From positions 8,308,001 through 8,372,000 of the forward strand of contig OZ176052.1 of the NCBI GenBank assembly GCA_964247055.1: 64,000 bases of DNA, in the 5' to 3' direction. The notes under the pieces are model-generated. The model searched no databases and was not told the origin of the DNA. It saw only the letters and a program-made list of their open reading frames with translations. Source of the stretch: Paragordius varius. Its lineage: Eukaryota; Animalia; Nematomorpha. Positions 1 to 13,300 of this stretch are shown here, in pieces. The translations under genes were made by a program, and so were the position numbers. Numbering within the stretch: position 1 is the first letter of the stretch; every line of letters starts with the position of its first letter.

Positions 1-760
1 ATGGTTTATAAGCAGCTTTTTGGATAGGCTCTAATTTATGTAACAATCGTCCAGGTATTTCCTTAATAAAAATTGAATATCCGATGCTTATTAGTAACAC
101 TCGGTAGGGGTTTATTTGTAAAATAGAACACCGTATAAAAACAAGTTGGTTAGGAAGCTATCTAATTTCCAGACAACCTTGGCGATTGTAATCATGCTGG
201 GTGATTCCATATAAAGGCATATTTTGGCCTTGCGCCTTTTATAAAAACCCTTGGGTAGGGCTCTAAGCAAAAATACTCTATTATGTATTTTTCAGAAAAT
301 CTTCCATAAGAAATATAAAGGTTTCAGATATTTCCAGTATAAAGGCAAATTAGCTACTCTTAAATAGGATGCTGGGTAGGGGCCAACCCTCTGTATTCGA
401 TCATAAAATGAGCTGACTCTAAACAAATTTTCCTCCAAGTTACGAGACTATATAAAATCAACGAAATGTAAAAAAAATTGAGTGCTTTTTTACAATTATT
501 CCAGGGTAAGACCCCACTCCGCGTTAAATACCATATAAAAGTGCTTAGAAGTAAGTTTTTGGATGATTTATGAGATCATGTACTGCGCTTTTTTTTATAA
601 CTGGGAGGGGGCGCTCTTCTGTCTCGGTAAATTGCGAATCCACCATTAAATTAGCTTCTGGGTAGGGAAAACCATCCTATACGTTATCATATAAACCATA
701 GACGCATACATTTTCTGGATTTATGGCTTATTAGGCATTTTGTGTTTAATGGCAAAACAT
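1..760. repeat. Degenerate tandem/dispersed repeat, ~100-160 bp unit with CTGGGTAGGG and CCATATAAA motifs
   Basis: CTGGGTAGGG-like motif at ~101, 197, 251, 372, 502, 601 and 658, usually followed ~20-30 nt later by (C)CATATAAA; a related unit lies on the minus strand at ~7340-7425 (cagccctacccagcagctctttataac). Confidence 0.4.
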
Positions 761-3323
761 TAAATCTTGCGCTACTTTTGTAACAACGCGTTAGGATCAT
801 ATTATTTGTAATTGTATATAATCCCCAGATAAATGTAAAAAATTAGCTTTGAAACACCAAAAAACGGGGGGGGGGGAGGGGGGGCTATTAGAAGGTTATT
901 TTTTATAAATCGTGATATTTTTTGGAATTAGCCCCTGTATTTAGTTCCCTCGTACGATAATGTTGCCAAAAACTACCTAAAATTATTTTAGCCAATTATA
1001 AACATCAAATACATTCATGGTCCAGCGGATGTCTTATAAAGGTAAGAATTATAACTAACCTACATTTTAATTAGATTTTGGGCAGAGCCGCGTTGGAGGA
1101 AAAAGCCTTTTGAAACAAAAATTCGATATAATATTTAGGGTGCATATAGTAAAATCAATTTAATCTTAGTAGTATGTTAATTATGAGAGGTACAAATATA
1201 CTGCTGTGATTAGCGCCAACCCGTGTATAAAGACAAAACCATCGATAGTCGCCAAAAATGAATAGTATTTTACATATTGGAGAAAGAGATTGAAAACACT
1301 ACGTTCCTTTTCAATCCAATTTTTTGGACCTTATTTCGTCACTAGAATAATCTATATCAAAAATATAAAGCTGGCTTTAAGATTACGGAAAACAGAGAGG
1401 CCCATTCAGATTCACAATTTATTTTGTTTATAAATTTAATACGCCGAACGCAGTTAAGCCATTTTTTTCAAGAACCAGCTGTAATTAGCCATTCTTACCG
1501 TAGAATCATATTTTCCAAAAAACTTAGTCTCCAAAAATATTTTTATCATTATTTGAAAAACATGTAAGTGATTTGATTTTCCGGAAAACGTATCGTATTT
1601 AAATTCAATCATAGGTCTTCCTTTTTCATGCACTGATTTTAGCAGAAGCATTATTTTAATTACGATTCTATATTTAGTCCCACCTTGTAAAGGCAAGTTT
1701 TGGGCAAAAAACCTCCATTCATCGTCATTCGCAAAATAATAAATTTCACATTTGCGGGAGAATGGCAATATTAGATATTACCAAATATGTCATATATCAT
1801 TATTGTCATCTATATTACATGCCAAATTTTGAGATAAAAATGACCTCCTCATAAGAGAAAATTACTTGCAGAATGCGAAAGCAAATGGGCGCTTGGTATT
1901 ACCAACTGATATTAAGCAGTGAGTCAATATAGCTAGAAAATATTCAATTTAATAGATGGTTAATAATAGTTTTGCATAATCAATAAGATAATATTACACA
2001 TTTAAAAAGTGAAATAATATAATGTGAAATTCTGATTTTTTGAAATAAAATTTAGGAAACTTTATAAAATTTTTATAAATTTGTTAAATATAATGAGTTG
2101 TCGGTTTTTTGCTTTTTATTTATGGCGTTTTGAAAATTATCATTTAGTTCTAAAAATGATGGATAAATCCCTTTATCCTAAATGTCCAAAACATAAAAGA
2201 GCCCTTGGAAAACTATATGATTAATGCGTTTTATATTGATTATAACGCCTAACGGAATAATTTATAAAAAGTTTAAAATATATTAATAGATCGCTCTGTA
2301 ACTCGACAAAATCATAACTAGTGGGAATTTATTCCTCATGATTTGTGAGAAATATAAATTAATTTTCACCACACATTATTTTATGAAATAGAAATTACAC
2401 ATCCCGTTGTACACGTTTAAAAAAAGATAAAATTTTGCTATATGTAAAGGAACAAAATTTGATTAAATATTTATTGCATTTTAATGATGTATAAATTTGT
2501 ACAATTTTATTAATATTTATGGTTAATAATTATTATTACCAGTTAAATCACAATACTGTAGATTGGTAATAGATTTATTTTGTTATTTATAAATTGTTAT
2601 ATCTATTATATATATATATATATATACAGTATGCATTATTTACCTGTGTTTTTTTAATTAGTAATAACAACTATACATTATAATACCAATATTAATTAAT
2701 ACAGGTATTTAGCATATTGAAAAATATATATTATTAAATTTAGGAATAATTAACATAAAACATCTTAAAATACGTATTTTACTATTTATTAATTTATCAA
2801 AGATAAAAACCCACAAAATTCCGCATCTAAATATGTAACAACAATATTACAAATGTTAACATAAATTGCTATAATATTCTCAAAATTTAACATTACAAAA
2901 TATCCATCAAATTAAAGCCTATGTTAATTCTCACGTCAATCCTCTTTCATATGTGTACTACGAAATAATTTCGTGGGTCAGTATTTTACGCATTGGATAA
3001 ACCATTTATGTTATTCGACTGACAATAAAATTACTGAACATACATTAAAATGCACACTGTATATATATATATAGAAAGAGCATTCGAAATAATATTATCA
3101 AATAAAAAAAATTAAATGCGTAGTATAAAACGCTAATGATCTTTATAATTTACTATTTGTTTGTGTTTTTGATCGGTTAGCGAAAATAATTAAATGCATA
3201 CATTTTGGAATAACGCATTATCATTAATATATAATATTGGCACAAAGCATCATAAGCTATTGTAAGAATTGGGAATAATGTATTTTCGATACTATATAAA
3301 TTAGATTATTCATAATATCTAAC

Positions 3324-3440
3324 TATGTATGTATGTATGTATGTATGTATGCATGTATGTATGTATGTATGTATGTATGTATGTATGTATGTATGTATAT
3401 ATGTATGTATGTATGTATGCATATATGTATGTATATATGT
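3324..3440. repeat. (TATG)n microsatellite
   Basis: About 29 direct TATG units with a few interruptions; explains the spurious ORFs at 3319-3547. Confidence 0.95.
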
Positions 3441-3770
3441 GTTTGCGCAAAGATCGTCGTTCATCATACAGTCGTTTGTCATGTAGAATTTTTAGAAATC
3501 TTTTTATTTTCTTTAATGTCATCGTGTTCAATATCGTAAGTAGCTGAATGTTAGGAGATTGGATAAATAATCTAAGTTTCTCCCTTTGTTAAGGTATGGG
3601 CCAATTTTCGCGTGCAATAATTTAGAACTTTTGATGAGTCTCGTTGTGTTATGCGTTAAATGTTTAGCAGGCTCAGAATGGACATGCGAGTCTTTTGATT
3701 TTTGGAGTAAAGCTTGTTTATTAGCACCTTTGTCTGTATTGTCATTCGTATTGGATTTGAGAGAAGGCAG

Positions 3771-3812
3771 ATATATATATATATATATATATATCTATAT
3801 ATATATATATAT
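3771..3812. repeat. (AT)n microsatellite
   Basis: Run of AT dinucleotides with one interruption. Confidence 0.9.
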
Positions 3813-3914
3813 CTTTTTCCCTTATGGATATTCTTACATATTAATAAAAATTTAAATTACGATTGATACAATAAGGCATTTTAAAGCGCATTACATATTA
3901 TACATTAATAAACA

Positions 3915-4252
3915 TATATACCATTTACAATTCGATTTCACCCTTAAACAATTCAAATTCACCCTCGAACAATTCAAATTCACCCTCAACTAAAATATAA
4001 GTTTTTAAGATTAAAAATTACCTATATTTTATATATTTTTAAAAATAAAAATTATGTTTTAAATTAAAATAATACCTAAAAAATAATAAACTATATCATA
4101 AACATATATTTCATCTTAATAATTAGTTATATTAGTTCGAAAACACATAATTTATTTTTAGGGTGAATTTGAATTGTTCAAGGGTGAATTTGAATTGTTC
4201 GAGAGTGAATTTAAATTGTTCAAGGGTGAATTTGAACTGTAAATGATATATA
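3915..4252. mobile_element. Foldback/MITE whose inverted arms are built from tandem 20-bp units
   Basis: Left arm TATACCATTTACA then (AACAATTCAAATTCACCCT)x3; right arm (AGGGTGAATTTGAATTGTT)x4 then TGTAAATGATATA; TA flanks. Related copies at 25785-26007 and, degenerate, at ~4795-5230. Confidence 0.8.
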
Positions 4253-5559
4253 CCATATCGGCATGTTCGTCCCATGCAGTTTGTTAATTTTTTGCAGAAT
4301 TTTATTCAAGGAATTATTAAGCAAATAATTTATGATTCGTCGCACCCACACCCCCTAGAATAGTTTTATTGTAAAAAAGTAATATAAATTTTAAATAGAA
4401 AAGTTTTATTAGCTTACAAATCAAATATAAGTCACTCACTATAAAAATTACATTGGCAGATTATGCTTAGAAGTTAAGATTCTAATATGGTTTGTATAAA
4501 TCATGTAATTTTGGTCCTTTTCGAAGTTGTATTAACCCAAGCATCTCTTTTGGTGAATACCAACTCATTAAACCTGTATATTTTAAGTTATCCATATTCG
4601 CTTTTATCATATTATATGGATTTGAATCAATCGTCCAAAAATATGTAGAATTCAAACTAGGCCGATAGGGGTCAAAATTATAATGAATATAAAAGGCACA
4701 TTTTGAGCTTTATCGAGCTGAAAATATTAAAATCGAATTTCCTACACCGCGTATATTAAATTATATTCTCAAGAAACTAATTTAAAAAGCAAATTATACC
4801 ATTTACACCTTAAATATAGATTTAAATCAAGGTTTTATTTTCTAAAATTCATCATCAATCATGTAATATTCACCTTTAAACATTCAAATTTCATCCCATA
4901 AATTAATGTTATTGGGAATAAATAATAAAAATATATGATCAGTTATTATGTTTCATTACTCTAAAAAAACTCCATTTTTAAAAATTATAAAAAAATATAT
5001 ATAGATTTCAATTTTAGGTGGCCTGTATTTTATTATTCAAATACATTTTTGTTTCACCTATTATTGATAATTTTGAAAAATGATAGTATAAAAAGTAATA
5101 ATAAATTAAGTAAACAAAAAATATTTTATGTCATTTATGAATTTATTTAGCTCAGAAAAACACATATTTATTTTTTGGAATGTTAAAGGGGGATTTCATA
5201 TGTATAAGGGTGAATATGAAATGTTCTCTTGTGTGTGAATGCCATACTCCTTCGACACCATTCAGTTAACATATATGTAAAAATCTGATATCTGCATTAT
5301 ATAATTTTATGTTAGGTATATTGATCACAATAAATGTTTATTTCTATGACTTTTATCTCTGTATCAATAATAATTACATAATAGCTATAGGCGTTGGATT
5401 CTCACATTGGGTTGGTTTAGACTTTAGAAGTTACCTTAACCATCTGTTCAGACAACTATCACAAAATGTAATAGGTATAAAGCCCTATTTTTATGGTGAC
5501 GTAAGAAAGGTGAAGCCTATGGGACTATGCTACCTTGACACAGACGTTCTGACATAAGA

Positions 5560-6870
5560 ATATTAAACCACTTTAGAGGGAACACAAGGGATGATTCATC
5601 GGATTGTTTTTCGCAGAGGGCGGAGTCCCCCCACTTCTTCTAATCATTTTTTCAGAAGCTTAGGTAGGCAAACATAAGTAATTTTGTGAAAGATTATGTT
5701 ATGGCAAAAATAGGAATCTAAGTCAACTTATATCAACGCCTAGAGAATAACCTATTACACACTCGCTTCGCACTTAAAAAAGTCAATCAACAGATAGTGA
5801 GAATATCTTACGTGAAATCCAAGATCCTTGAATTGTTGTCGTAACAAGCAAAAAAGATCCGTAAGCAATTTAAAAATTAAATTTGGCACGTTGGGGGAGT
5901 TGAATCCAAAAAGTGCAACCGTATACATAAGGCGTGGGCATTAGTTATAAACCTAATATACTTGTACTATCTTGTATTAGCGAACCTTTCAAAAAAGACT
6001 ACTGGTGGTTATGTTGCCCATGCTATGATGTACCGAGCTGAATGAAATACAGAACGCGATGTTTTCATGTTAGACAGCTTTGCCAACAGTTGCATCAGGA
6101 TCTGTGAAAACGTATCGCTTGAAGATCATAAAGCGGTAGAGGATCTTAGAAAAAAAATAAAATCCCTTATGCTCAGAAACGCTGGGACCGGGAAAGGCCG
6201 GTGCCAGAACTCAAAGTTGGATTATTCAACATAACCAAGGATTGGGTCCGCCTTATAGATAGCAGTAATAATAGCAATTTATAATGTCAATAACTCCCAA
6301 TTATATAATTAAAAAAATAAAAATAATAAAAAAAGTAATATTAATAATATTAGGGTCAAGGGTTAGGTTATATTTGTAATAAAATTTTGGTAGGCCATTC
6401 AAACAGCCCAACCGAATATTAACTTGCGACAAGGCAGGTGAAGAGGAAACATTCAATTCCCACAAACATAAAGAGGATCGAAATTTGTAGACCAGGAAAA
6501 TATAAGACCAGTCATAAATTAACTCTCGCAGTAAGTCGAAGTCTGCTTTACCAAAAAAGGGGTGACCTAGAGCTCGACGTAATTAACATAGAGGCCACGT
6601 GCATGTGCCTAGCGCAAAACCATAAATCGACGCTTTAATTGGGTCGAAGTCTACCTACTTGAGATAAGGCGTCCCAAAGCTGGAGACAGCTAACAGGGAT
6701 ATATTTAACTATCTGTTTTTTATGAAATTTAATTGATGCATACATTTTTTCCGATTGTCTCTGAATGAGCGTATGTTGTAACCAAGGATCATCTCTATTT
6801 TCGGTTTTAATATTCTCCCGGCGTATTGTTATGTTCGACAGGAGGTTGCTTAGCATAGGAGGCTGTATGA
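5560..6870 (+). mobile_element. Decayed non-LTR retrotransposon fragment, probably L1/Tx1 clade
   Basis: GC-enriched relative to flanks. Frameshifted gag-like knuckles at ~6050-6150 (RCFH.../FANSCIRICENVSLEDHKA, resembling tandem CCHC). 6438-6638 (IPTNIKRIE...VSRSLLYQKRGDLELDVINIEATC) resembles the post-RT L1/Tx1 motif (LY.PK..GGLGL.D). No RT core (YADD) found. Confidence 0.45.
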
Positions 6871-9800
6871 AACATTTTAATCTTTGATCATTATTACCAT
6901 TTTTGCCTGAGTGTGAAAAACAAAATACAAATCGGGAGTCACCCCGAAAGATGGAAATGCAAACTAATTATCACAATCCCATATATCCACAATGTGTTTT
7001 TAGTTTACTTAAAAAATAAAGCATCCCACACTCTGAGCCTAAACCGTGTTCAAGTATGATAAATGGTTCACCCTTTATAGATGTGGCAATCTAAGAGGGA
7101 ATCGGCACTGCTAAGGAAAGCATGATGTGAATTTATGTCTGCACAACCTTTATGCGCCGACTATGGTGCCCAGACCGTATGAATTGATAGTTATCACTGC
7201 TTTCGGCCTCGCAATTCATTAGGTTTTACAATCAACTCTCATGCCTCTCGCATGGACACCAGGTTTTTCTACAAAGTTAACACCGTGCACCAATGTAATT
7301 ATAAAAAGAGCGCTTGACTTATTTTAATTCGGTCTCATATTTTTAAAAATGTGCCTGAAACTAACGTCATTCATGGTGGTACATTTTACAGAGTGTGCAG
7401 CCCTACCCAGCAGCTCTTTATAACAAGAACCTGACTATTTTTTTCCTTATATGAGTAATATCTAAAATTACTGATTTTATATGGTATCATTTTGCTTGAT
7501 CGAAAATGCCTCATAGTCACGTCATTTTTATACTGAAAAACATTTTACAGATGGTTGACATTGTGCAGGTACCTACCACTACTATTGATATAACACGATC
7601 TAATGAATTTTTTGAACGTGACTCTAAGCTAGTTTTTTTAACAAGGTGTAAGGATTGTACAAAATTTGATATCCTCCGACGATCGTTTTAAAACTTGTAT
7701 TTCAGCGGTGTATGCTCTTTACGGGGGATGGGGACAGAGACTAATATCAGAGTATCTATAATTATATAGGGTAATTGAATCCTATTACGGCTTTACATTT
7801 TCTGAATATTGCTTAGTCAGGATTTTTTATGTGGAAGCGTTTAATTTTCACAATAATCATCCATGGACTAATATAAAATGTCCGCTCGATTTTGACCTAG
7901 GTCTTTAATTAGAAATGACTAGATGTGGTAAAAAATGTTTTTACCGTTAAATTTAGGGGCTTGGTTTTGTACTCAAAAACTAATTTTACTGGGGAAGGCG
8001 AAGCTGAACTTAATGGCTAATAAAAAATTACGATGGAAAATTTTGATTGAATTTAAATGTGCCTAGTAGACTCCTAAAACATGCTTTAAAGAAACAGTTG
8101 TTGGGATCATAATAGTTTGAACTATTTACTGAGGGTCGTATGGCATAAAAAATGGCTCTGGCACTTAAAAAAATTTTCTCTTTTTAAATTTCGATGTGCC
8201 CTAACATTGTTAATATTTGGAAGATAAAATTCTTATAATAAAATATGGTGTAGAATCGGACCAAAATTTATTATTAAATTAATAATATGTAGGTGTAATT
8301 TTAGGATACCTATTCCAGTATATTAAAGTATTTTAACTTTATACGTTTTATTATTGAAAAAATTTACAACCGCTCTGCAATATATAATAAAATATATTTC
8401 AAGTCTTGGAACAAACTCCTATGTGAATTGTGTCATTTTGATTTTTATGTGTTCTCATTTTAACCACTTTTAACTCGTATGTGACAATTTTATATAACAC
8501 AGATTCAAAGACTATTTTGCCATATATTACATTGAATTGGTAAATACATCATATCACAATTTTTATAAATATTGATGCGTCTGTGAGGTACCTATTTTAG
8601 TCTCTAAACCATTTTTATCATTCGCGCATTTTTTATTTTTTTACGAAGATGAAAAATAATTAAAAAGTCAAATATTTACCGAAAAATGTGGTTGTACATG
8701 TTATCTATGTTTTTATATAAATAAAAATTGTACAGTCTTTAATTAAGATTAGTATTAAAATTAAATTTTTGGTATATCCTATGAAATTCTTTGCTTATAT
8801 GATAACCAATTTATTATATTTCTTTAAGTATCTTTTTATAATTTGAGTTACACACTGATCAAATTTAATAGCCAATGTTAGGTTCGAATTGATCATTTTA
8901 AACATCCAAACCAGGATTTGACCTTTAATGATATTGGTTAATCGTATAATATCTATTACAGTTTGAGCTTTTTTACTAAAGGATAAGGGCTTAAATTGCA
9001 TTAGTACTTAAATGCTTTAACTGACGCCTGCCCAGGGCTGACAGTGATGATGGATAAATTGCACAATTCAGGGATTCCATCTCTCTTATTCCAAACAGAG
9101 TAAGAGTTAGGCTCCCTACCTGCAATACCATCACGCTTATGATTGTCTATAAACAGAATTCAAAACATTTAAGTTTAAAATAAAATATGAGATAAATTAA
9201 AAAGTTAAACTTAACATATGCAGTAAAACACATATAAATTAGTGATATACACTGAACATAAGATAGAACTCTTAATCATATTTACTAAAAATACATATAA
9301 ATCGTTTTAAATCATATGAAACATAATTAGACTGTATCATAATAAATATTAAACACTGTTTACCAATCCAGATTATCGACTGAAATAACGGCAAATGCAA
9401 AAGCAGACATTTATCTGGCTTTCCCTTTCAAAAACGTCACCAAAGTCCTATATCAAAAATTAACTGCAACAGTTTTAGACACTGTCTCAAAGTTGTCGAT
9501 ATATTAATTTAATTTCATAAATGATAAACCCTAATAAAATATGACAATGTATGGTGTGCCGCACACAACAACAATTAAATCAAAACTAAAAGTTTACAAT
9601 TTATAAAATTTCCATTTCCGGACAGACCGAATTTTTCAATTTCACGCTAATCCTGCTGTAAATAAAGAATATTGGAGTGAATTACCAATACTTGATCATT
9701 TTCTTATCTTTTACGTAGAAGACCGTTTTCATTTATATTCAAAATTCGGTAAGCAAACCGGATTATTTTTGTCTTATTAGTCATGGGCTTAGAATGTTCA

Positions 9801-10377
9801 TTTTTCCAAACTAAAACTGGTAATATACGTATAAAAGGTGATTATTTAATATATAAAATAGATATATCTTTATGCGGTCAATATTAACCAAAATATTCGC
9901 TTTAGTAGATGGCTCATCGCAATGTCATAGGTCAGGGTTAATTTTAAAACATTACATTTTATATTTATATGTATAAAAGATGATATACATAAAATTAATT
10001 TCACACTGATTACAATTTTTGTACATCAAAATTTTAAGCTTATTAACATTCATATTTCAACGTTAAAGCATTTTCGTATTCATCGGTACATCTATAGTCA
10101 ATTTGCTGACAAACTTTCAATCAACTTTGAAAGATATGATAAATTGTATTATCGTTTTAAGATTCGATTAATATCAATGTTAATTTGGATATTTTTATTA
10201 ATAACTATATGCGCTTTTTCAATTATTAATATTTGATTTATAGCAAACAGTTATGAAGCGAGAGAATACAATAATACCAATGATATGTTTGACGCAATGC
10301 TAAATTAAACATTTAACTCACACATAACTGTTCGAATTACATTTCATTTTTAAACACAAACTAATTCGCCAAAAACA

Positions 10378-13300
10378 ATGATGCAAATTATTAAATCTTT
10401 ATTATTGGTTTTTTATCTTGGTCTCCTTTTTATCAAAGGATATATTGGTGGACATCCATCAATACAACCCACATTAGTAGCCCATAGCAATACCCAACCG
10501 CAAGAAATTCAGAACTCAAATTCCAAATATTTCAAACATATTCAAACATGTCAAGAACGTGGTGGAAAAATGGCGGGACCAGAATACTGTTGCCATCCGA
10601 CCGATGTCGTCTACCAAACAGACGAATATACCTGTTGTTCGACCTACTTAGATTGTGGTATGTTTTTATGAAAATCTTCCTTATTACAAAAAATTATTTT
10701 TTTAAAAAAAATTACCAAATTTTAAATCATTGTAAAGATAGAATTTATGCATCATCTTAATTCAATTTTATAGTTAAAAAAAGAATATTTTAATATTTAG
10801 ATTATAAATGTCGACAAATAAAGGGCGTATGCGTATCTCCTGAATGCTGTCATGGAAAAATAAGTAAAAACTTTATTGATCAATGTAAGTCAGTTTCCGG
10901 GACAGTTTGCTGCCTTAATAATGCATATTGTGGTAATTAAATAAAATTATAATAAAACAAGACCACAGCTTTATAAATCTATACTTTATAGGGAAGGATG
11001 TTTATTTATAATATGATAAGCTTCTGGAAAAACAACATATATCTTTTATAAGAATATAAAAATATGTTAGAAATAAATTTAAAACAAATAGTTTTGATAT
11101 TATAATGAAAAACATTATATTTATAGGCAAATCTTTGTTCTCAAACTTGTATGGTATCTACACCCAATTCGATAATTTGAACATCACTGATGTAGTCTTC
11201 ATGAAAAGTAATCAATCTATACAGTGTTTTTATGAATACCAATTTAAGAAACCATATTTTATTCTTAGGATTAAATGTTATGATATCAAGCTTTATAGTA
11301 ATTAAATATATTTCTTAAGATTTCCTTTGAGTTATATAGTTATTTTAGTTATGCCTTCAAGTGCTTGATTTTAATCAAATAAAATCCTTTTGTATATCAA
11401 ATATAAATATTATAGAGTGGCAAAAATATAAAAAATCAATCTTTGGGGATTATGCAACTATTAAACGTTTAAAGGACAAAATACAAGAGGCCGATAATCA
11501 AACCGGAGTTAATCCATATATTTTAGCAGCTCTAATGAGTAAAATGTCGCGTGTTGGAAAAGATTTGAAGAAAACATTTATGACTGGTGATCGTTGGGGC
11601 ATTATGCAGGTTTTATAAAACTTTTCACTTATCTAATCAACATTTATCCAATCACACTAACTTTTTTCATCCAAACTCATTTATAACGACTTTAAAAATT
11701 TAGAAATCACTTTTTAGGGTTTTTTATCTCTAGTTATAAATTGAATAAATGTTAAAGTTTTGGTTTGAAAAAGCGTTTTTAATAAAATTACCCAAGCATT
11801 TATTTAAAAAAAAATTTGGTATATAAAAAAAACTCTTGCTTTTTAAACGTTTAAAAAGCAATTAGTTAAAATTAATTTTGAATTTGATTAAGTGTAGAGT
11901 TTGGTTGAAAAAGTGTTGGTTGTAAAAGTTTTACAGATAAAATAAATGATTTTTCAAATATTAGGTTGATATAAACAAAAATATTCCCGTTGGATCACCG
12001 TTTAGCAGTTTACACATTAAACAAGCAGCTCAAATCATACGACACACCAGAGATCTTTTGTCTAAGAAACATCCGAAATGGATGCCGAACAAGTTACTTA
12101 AAGGTTAATTATTATGTAATTATTGTTTAATGTTTATCATATTCATAATTTATTTATATTCTATAATTTAAATACTTCATGAGAAGTTGATTGTTTCTGA
12201 TATTAACGGCTTTTTTATTTGTAACACGGGGGACACAAAAATATGTCATAGTATTTTTTTTATATAACCATAAAAAATGATAATTTCTTAAATGACTCAG
12301 AAAGTTTTAAAACTGTAAGCGCCAGAATCCTAAAACATTTTTCTACCAGAATATATATATATATATATATAATATATATATATATTTTGTCGTATACGAT
12401 TCCCGTTTTCAGCACTATGTTATAAATATATAGTAGCTTTTGACAAGCATCAAATTGAAGTTTAAAATAAAAGATTACCAACCATTTTTTATGTAAATGA
12501 AAATAAAAACTCTTTCAGCTATAGACAACATTTTTACAATTTTTTACACTCAAAGGCAACCAAATTTTAAAGCTGCTTTTAAAAGTTATCTTGTTCAACC
12601 TTAAATCTTTTGCATGAAAAACTAGTGCCTTTGGGTGAAAATATTATGTTATAAAATAAAAAAGCTCTTGAATAAAAATTTTGGATTTTACTGAAGATTT
12701 AATGAAAGGTGTAAAAAATATAAAAATTATTTTAAGCAACTATAGGTATGTACAAATTATGCAACATTTCCACCTATGATATGGCCAAAAATACCACGCT
12801 CGAATTGGCGACATTTGTGGATGATGTCATTCAAAGAGCCAAAATGTTTAAAAAACTCAAATTTTTGGACAGGGCTAAAACTTTCTACAATGATTTCATC
12901 CGGCCAAAACTATTTTTTTCTCAATTGAATGGCAGGGATTATTTTAATGAAACACATAGAACATATTCGTTTGATGATTATAATACAAATCGGGAATTAC
13001 ACCCAAGAAGCGAAATAACAATGATTGATTCTCATTCGAAACACAGTATTTATAATTTTTAAGAGCGATAATTAAGTCAATGATTGTGATACAGATATGC
13101 ATAGCTTAATCCTTTTATTTTATTATTTAGCCTTGATTCCAATTTATGAAACCCTGTTTTACTTGCCAACCAATGGTGCTACGAAAAAAACTATGCTTCG
13201 CTACAAGATTGACCCTAAATTATCAGGTTATATCTATATATAAAATATATCCATTAATTGTAAAGTTTCATTAAAATTGCATCAATGGCACAATAAATAT

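Noticed and set aside
197-700. CTGGG..CCATATAAA as a decayed C2H2 zinc-finger (TGEKPYK) or ankyrin array
   Set aside because: Spacing is not 84 or 99 bp, and no Cys/His pattern or consistent frame was found.
1454-1768. 104-aa minus-strand ORF
   Set aside because: No recognisable motif or splice context; compatible with chance or old repeat debris.
3319-3547. Three ORFs of MYVC/HTYI repeats
   Set aside because: Translation artefacts of the (TATG)n microsatellite.
9044-9130. GTGATGA box-C-like motif (C/D snoRNA?)
   Set aside because: No downstream CTGA D box or terminal stem at a suitable distance.
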